Origin: an uncultured Planctomycetales bacterium
Lineage (GTDB): Bacteria; Omnitrophota; Gorgyraeia; Zapsychrales; JANLHA01
Length of the DNA stretch: 64,000 bases
Direction: 5' to 3'
Assembly (NCBI GenBank): GCA_964450385.1
Contig: CAYVEC010000001.1
Span: forward strand, 97,104-161,103
Below are positions 60,614-64,000 of the stretch, piece after piece (position 1 is the stretch's first letter; every line of letters starts with the position of its first letter). The translations under genes were made by a program, and so were the position numbers. A model generated the notes under the pieces. It did not search any database, was not told where the DNA came from, and saw nothing but the letters and a program-made list of their open reading frames with translations.

Positions 60614-60645
60614 TGAACAAAAGCGACAAACGAAGGAGGACGCGG

Positions 60646-61302
60646 ATGCGTAGACTAACATCACTAGTTCAATGTTGTGCCGCTGTTATGGTTTTGGTCT
60701 TCGGGCTCAGCGGTTGCACATTTGTTTTTCAAAAGGGGCGGAAAAAAGATATTGAGCGGATCTCCGAACTTCAAAACCAATATACGGAGCTTCGTGAAGA
60801 GCTTTCAGAACTTGAGCGTGCGAAGCGTGAGCTCGAAAATCGCCTCCAGGGCGAGATCCGGGATCGGAATGTTAAGGTCGAGATGCTTGACCGCGGTCTC
60901 GTCATCACGTTTGTCGCTGAGGTCCTTTTTGATTCAGGGAAGGCTGAGCTCCGTGGGGAGGCACTTGAGACCTTGGATAAGGTGGCGCGCGTCTTGAATA
61001 CCACGGTCCGTGATTTGAACGTTGGGATCGAAGGGCACACGGATAATGTGCCGATCAAGCATTCAGGGTGGAAGTCGAACTGGGAGCTTTCCTCGGCCCG
61101 CGCCCTGAGCGTTGTCCATTATTTGATCGATGAGATGGGGGTCACGCCTGAGAGGCTTTCAGCCACAGGATTTGGGGAGTTTCATCCGGTGGCACCGAAC
61201 GATTCGGTTCAGGAACGCCAGAAAAATCGACGGGTCGAGATCGTAATCTTGCCGCGTGTTGAAAAACAGCCCGCGGTTAGCGATCAGGAAAATTTGAAGT
61301 AG
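60646..61302 (+). CDS. OmpA/MotB-family peptidoglycan-binding lipoprotein with coiled-coil segment
   Basis: The lipobox in ...VLVFGLSGC... is followed by a heptad-like coiled-coil stretch. The C-terminal OmpA-like domain is ...VLFDSGKAELR...LNVGIEGHTDNVPI...NWELSSARA...NRRVEIVI.... ATG at 60646 follows aaggagga. Confidence 0.8.
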   Translation: MRRLTSLVQCCAAVMVLVFGLSGCTFVFQKGRKKDIERISELQNQYTELREELSELERAKRELENRLQGEIRDRNVKVEMLDRGLVITFVAEVLFDSGKAELRGEALETLDKVARVLNTTVRDLNVGIEGHTDNVPIKHSGWKSNWELSSARALSVVHYLIDEMGVTPERLSATGFGEFHPVAPNDSVQERQKNRRVEIVILPRVEKQPAVSDQENLK

Positions 61303-61319
61303 ACGGAGGATTACAGAAT

Positions 61320-61718
61320 ATGACGAAGAAAGCGGAGGGATCTATGAAGAACATGGTGGTTCCAGTCGCAGTGATTGTCTTTGTCCTGGTTTGTGTCATG
61401 ACCGTTATGACGAGCATTCAGAATAAGAAAAATTTCTCTCTGCTTGAGCAGGAGCGTTATAAACGCTTGACGGCTGAGGAAAAACTCCAGGTGGTCCAGA
61501 CCCATGCGGCGAAGGCCGAGGCAGACCTGCAGGCGGCTCAGGAAAAGCTTAACGGGATCGATGGTATTTTGCAACAGGGGAATTCCGTTGCTCAGAAGCT
61601 GACAACCGAATTGGAAAATGTCAAGGGTGAACGGGATCTCGTTCAGAAGCAGTTGATGGAGCTTCGTGAGTCGATTGGTGTCGGGACGTTGAAGGAATCA
61701 GGTATGGCGAACGATTAA
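61320..61718 (+). CDS. Small membrane-anchored coiled-coil protein (hypothetical)
   Basis: 132 aa with an N-terminal TM helix (VVPVAVIVFVLVCVMTVMTSI) and then a charged helical region rich in E/K/Q/L. It sits 18 nt downstream of the OmpA-family gene. Confidence 0.45.
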   Translation: MTKKAEGSMKNMVVPVAVIVFVLVCVMTVMTSIQNKKNFSLLEQERYKRLTAEEKLQVVQTHAAKAEADLQAAQEKLNGIDGILQQGNSVAQKLTTELENVKGERDLVQKQLMELRESIGVGTLKESGMAND

Positions 61719-61762
61719 AGGGGTGTCCGCCTTCGGGCGCGCCTCATGAGCGGTGCGTATGG

Positions 61763-61793
61763 CCAGGGGGATTGTTCAATCCCCCTGTTTTTT
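61763..61793 (+). terminator. Rho-independent terminator (9-bp stem CAGGGGGAT/ATCCCCCTG, 6-nt loop, 7 T)
   Basis: Perfect inverted repeat at 61763-61771 and 61778-61786, followed by TTTTTTT. It lies between the coiled-coil ORF and uppS. Confidence 0.7.
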
Positions 61794-61804
61794 TGAGGGA
61801 ACGA

Positions 61805-62551
61805 ATGACAGAGCGAAAAATTCCACGGCATGTGGCGATCATTATGGATGGAAACGGGCGCTGGGCCGAGCGCCGGCGATTGCCTCGGACCCAGGGTCAT
61901 CTCGAGGGAGTGAAACGAGTCGCCGAGGTGGTTGATGTGGCGGCTGAGGTTGGGATCGAGGCGGTCACGTTTTTTACCTTTTCTCAGGAAAATTGGAAGC
62001 GTCCTGAGACCGAGGTCTCGATGCTCATGCAGACGATCTGTCGGGCCCTTGATATGAAGTCGGCAGAGATCGCTAAACGCAATATGCGGCTGCGTTTTAT
62101 CGGCCGGCGAGAAGGGATCCCTGCTGATGTGTTAAAAGGTTTTGATCGGACAGCGGCTGTGACGCGGGCGAACACGGGGTTGATCATCAATCTCGCCTTC
62201 AATTATAGTGCCCGCACGGAGATCGTGGACGCGGCTCGGACTCTGGCGCGCCGCGTGGCGGACGGAGGGCTCGCGCCGGAGGAGATCACCGAGAGCGTGT
62301 TTCAGCAGTGCCTGTATGCGCCGGATATTCCCGATCCGGACCTTCTTATCCGGACCTCGGGTGAGCAGCGTCTAAGTAATTTTTTATTGTGGCAGGTGTC
62401 GTACGCGGAGTTTTATTTTACCCCCGTGTGCTGGCCGGAGTTCACCGCAGAGGAGTTTAGGAAAGCCCTCGCTGAGTACGAGCGGCGGGAACGACGCTTC
62501 GGCGGGGTTACGGGGCGCCAATCAGGAGAAGGAGTGGCCGATGAATCGTGA
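61805..62551 (+). CDS. uppS: Undecaprenyl-diphosphate synthase
   Basis: ...HVAIIMDGNGRWA..., ...FSQENWKRP... and ...DLLIRTSGEQRLSNFLLWQ... are cis-prenyltransferase motifs. ATG at 61805. Confidence 0.9.
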   Translation: MTERKIPRHVAIIMDGNGRWAERRRLPRTQGHLEGVKRVAEVVDVAAEVGIEAVTFFTFSQENWKRPETEVSMLMQTICRALDMKSAEIAKRNMRLRFIGRREGIPADVLKGFDRTAAVTRANTGLIINLAFNYSARTEIVDAARTLARRVADGGLAPEEITESVFQQCLYAPDIPDPDLLIRTSGEQRLSNFLLWQVSYAEFYFTPVCWPEFTAEEFRKALAEYERRERRFGGVTGRQSGEGVADES

Positions 62552-63359
62552 TCGAATCATTAGTTCCGTGATTAGCATCGGGATCATCTTGAGCGCAATC
62601 TTTGTCGATTGGGCCTTTATGATCGTTGTCATGGGCCTGATCATCGGCGGGCTGTATGAATTTTTTTATATGATCAAGAAAAAAGGGATCCCGATCTACA
62701 GTTATATCGGGATCTTTATCGGGGTGATGATCCCGTTATCGATCTATCATCAATTTGAGTTGACGAAGAATTGGGAGCTCTTGTTTACGGTCCTGATGTT
62801 CTTGATGGTGCTCCTGCTCCAGTTCGCGCGTAAGGAGAACACGAATGCGACCGTCGGTATTTCAACCACGATGTTTGGCGTTTTTTATGTCTCGTGGCTG
62901 TTTAGTTTTCTGGTCAAGATCCGGTTCCTTCTTCCAGGGATCGACGGGATCAAATTATTATCGTTTATTCTGATCGTGACGAAGGCGGGGGATATCGGGG
63001 CCCTGGTGATCGGGACCTATTGGGGAAGGCGGCCTCTTCTGCCACGGGTGAGTCCGAATAAATCCGTCGAGGGCGCGATCGGGAGCGCTGTCTTTAGCAC
63101 GGGCGCGGCCCTGGCATCGAGTTCATTTTTGCCATCTGTCGCGGGATTCCCTATGTGGCAGGTCGCCATGATGGGATTATTTTTCGGGGCGATCGGTCAG
63201 CTCGGGGATCTGTCAGAGTCATTGATCAAGAGGGACTGTCAGGTCAAGGACTCGGGTAAATTGTTGCCGGGGATGGGTGGGGTGCTGGATATCATTGACA
63301 GCCTCCTTTTTTCAGCGCCGGCGTTTTATCTGTATATGTCAACGGTCTTGAAGGGATAG
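62541..63359 (+). CDS. cdsA: Phosphatidate cytidylyltransferase
   Basis: Multi-TM protein with the CdsA C-terminal signature ...KRDCQVKDSGKLLPGMGGVLDIIDSLLF.... It overlaps the uppS stop. Confidence 0.9.
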   Translation: MNRDRIISSVISIGIILSAIFVDWAFMIVVMGLIIGGLYEFFYMIKKKGIPIYSYIGIFIGVMIPLSIYHQFELTKNWELLFTVLMFLMVLLLQFARKENTNATVGISTTMFGVFYVSWLFSFLVKIRFLLPGIDGIKLLSFILIVTKAGDIGALVIGTYWGRRPLLPRVSPNKSVEGAIGSAVFSTGAALASSSFLPSVAGFPMWQVAMMGLFFGAIGQLGDLSESLIKRDCQVKDSGKLLPGMGGVLDIIDSLLFSAPAFYLYMSTVLKG

Positions 63360-63360
63360 C

Positions 63361-64000
63361 ATGGGAAGAAAAAAGGTCCTTATCCTTGGGTCAACGGGAT
63401 CGATCGGCGTGAATGCCCTTGCGGTCATCGAGCGGTTTCCTGACCGCTTTGAGGTCTTCGGCCTCACGGCTCATGATCATGATCGTCGACTCATCGAGCA
63501 GGCCCGGCGTTTTCGGCCGCGCTATCTCGGCATTCGAAAGGACAAGATTGATACGGTCCGCGGGCGTCTCGGTGATGATTCGATCGAGATCCTGGATTCG
63601 ACCTCTGAGTTGGGGACCCTGGCCGCGCTCCCCGAGGTGGATATTGTGGTCATTGGGGTGAGCGGCCGCGCGGCCCTTGAACCGTTCTTGGCGGCGGCGG
63701 CGGCGGGTAAGGTGATCGCCCCGGCGAACAAAGAGGCCTTGGTCATCGCGGGGGATTTCATTATGGCGGAGGCCCGAGCGTCTGGGGCCAGGGTGATCCC
63801 GGTTGATTCAGAGCAGAGCGCGATCTTTCAGTGCCTTGAGGGGCGTTCGCGTGATCATCTGGAGCAGATCTTATTGACGGCCTCGGGGGGTATCCTGAAA
63901 GATGTGGCGCGCGAGGAATTTTCTAGGCTGTCGGTTGATGATGTTCTTGTGCATCCGCGTTGGTCCATGGGGCCGAAGATCACGGTGGATTCCGCGACAT
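63361..64000 (+). CDS. dxr: 1-deoxy-D-xylulose 5-phosphate reductoisomerase (5' partial, runs off window)
   Basis: MGRKKVLILGSTGSIGVNALAVI..., ...APANKEALV... and ...PVDSEQSAIFQCL... match DXR. The ORF is open to the window end, so no stop is seen. It follows uppS and cdsA as in many bacteria. Confidence 0.9.
   Translation, partial: MGRKKVLILGSTGSIGVNALAVIERFPDRFEVFGLTAHDHDRRLIEQARRFRPRYLGIRKDKIDTVRGRLGDDSIEILDSTSELGTLAALPEVDIVVIGVSGRAALEPFLAAAAAGKVIAPANKEALVIAGDFIMAEARASGARVIPVDSEQSAIFQCLEGRSRDHLEQILLTASGGILKDVAREEFSRLSVDDVLVHPRWSMGPKITVDSAT

Noticed and set aside
63413-63761. Small ORFs inside the dxr region on both strands
   Set aside because: They overlap the clearly recognisable dxr reading frame and are spurious.

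Overview
This window is a high-GC (roughly 60% or more by eye), gene-dense bacterial chromosomal segment from an organism with a Gram-negative-type envelope. Apart from two genes near the 5' end, everything is on the + strand, and the content is almost entirely housekeeping. In order it holds: a DUF2238-like membrane protein; a giant 1287-aa secreted protein; a convergent CheY-like response regulator and lpxB on the - strand; an msbA-like ABC exporter; the rpsB-tsf-pyrH-frr operon; tRNA-Lys(UUU), tRNA-Leu(UAG) and tRNA-Gly(GCC); a regulatory PTS (ptsN, membrane-anchored YvcK, ptsH, ptsI) plus a sugar-phosphate nucleotidyltransferase; metK and ahcY; a cupin / CDA-fold deaminase / stand-alone GMP synthase subunit B group; a DUF1846 protein; carB; a PurF-like protein with a degenerate glutaminase site; rsmJ; ilvC, a leuA/cimA-type synthase, aroE, prepilin peptidase, aroK; dprA-topA-xerC. 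There is also a long LPS core locus: waaA, lpxK, an LpxL-like acyltransferase fused to an ELM1/DUF1022 domain, a GT4-GT9 fusion, a GT4, three more GT9 heptosyltransferase paralogs, a heptose-7-P kinase, kdsB, kdsA, kdsD, kdsC, an LptC/LptA-like protein and lptB. The window ends with a short trigger factor lacking the PPIase domain, clpP, a class V aminotransferase with serA, purA, an OmpA-family lipoprotein, uppS, cdsA and the 5' part of dxr. I found no CRISPR array, IS element, phage module or obvious defence/toxin genes. The most unusual object is the giant secreted protein, which carries a ~1.4-kb in-frame cassette of much lower GC and AT-rich codons encoding a kinase-like motif. Other oddities are the two domain fusions in the LPS locus, the degenerate PurF paralog, the split GuaA, the short trigger factor, a TM-anchored YvcK inside the PTS operon, and several short structured or palindromic intergenic elements. 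All calls rest on reading the sequence and translations by eye; no searches were run.
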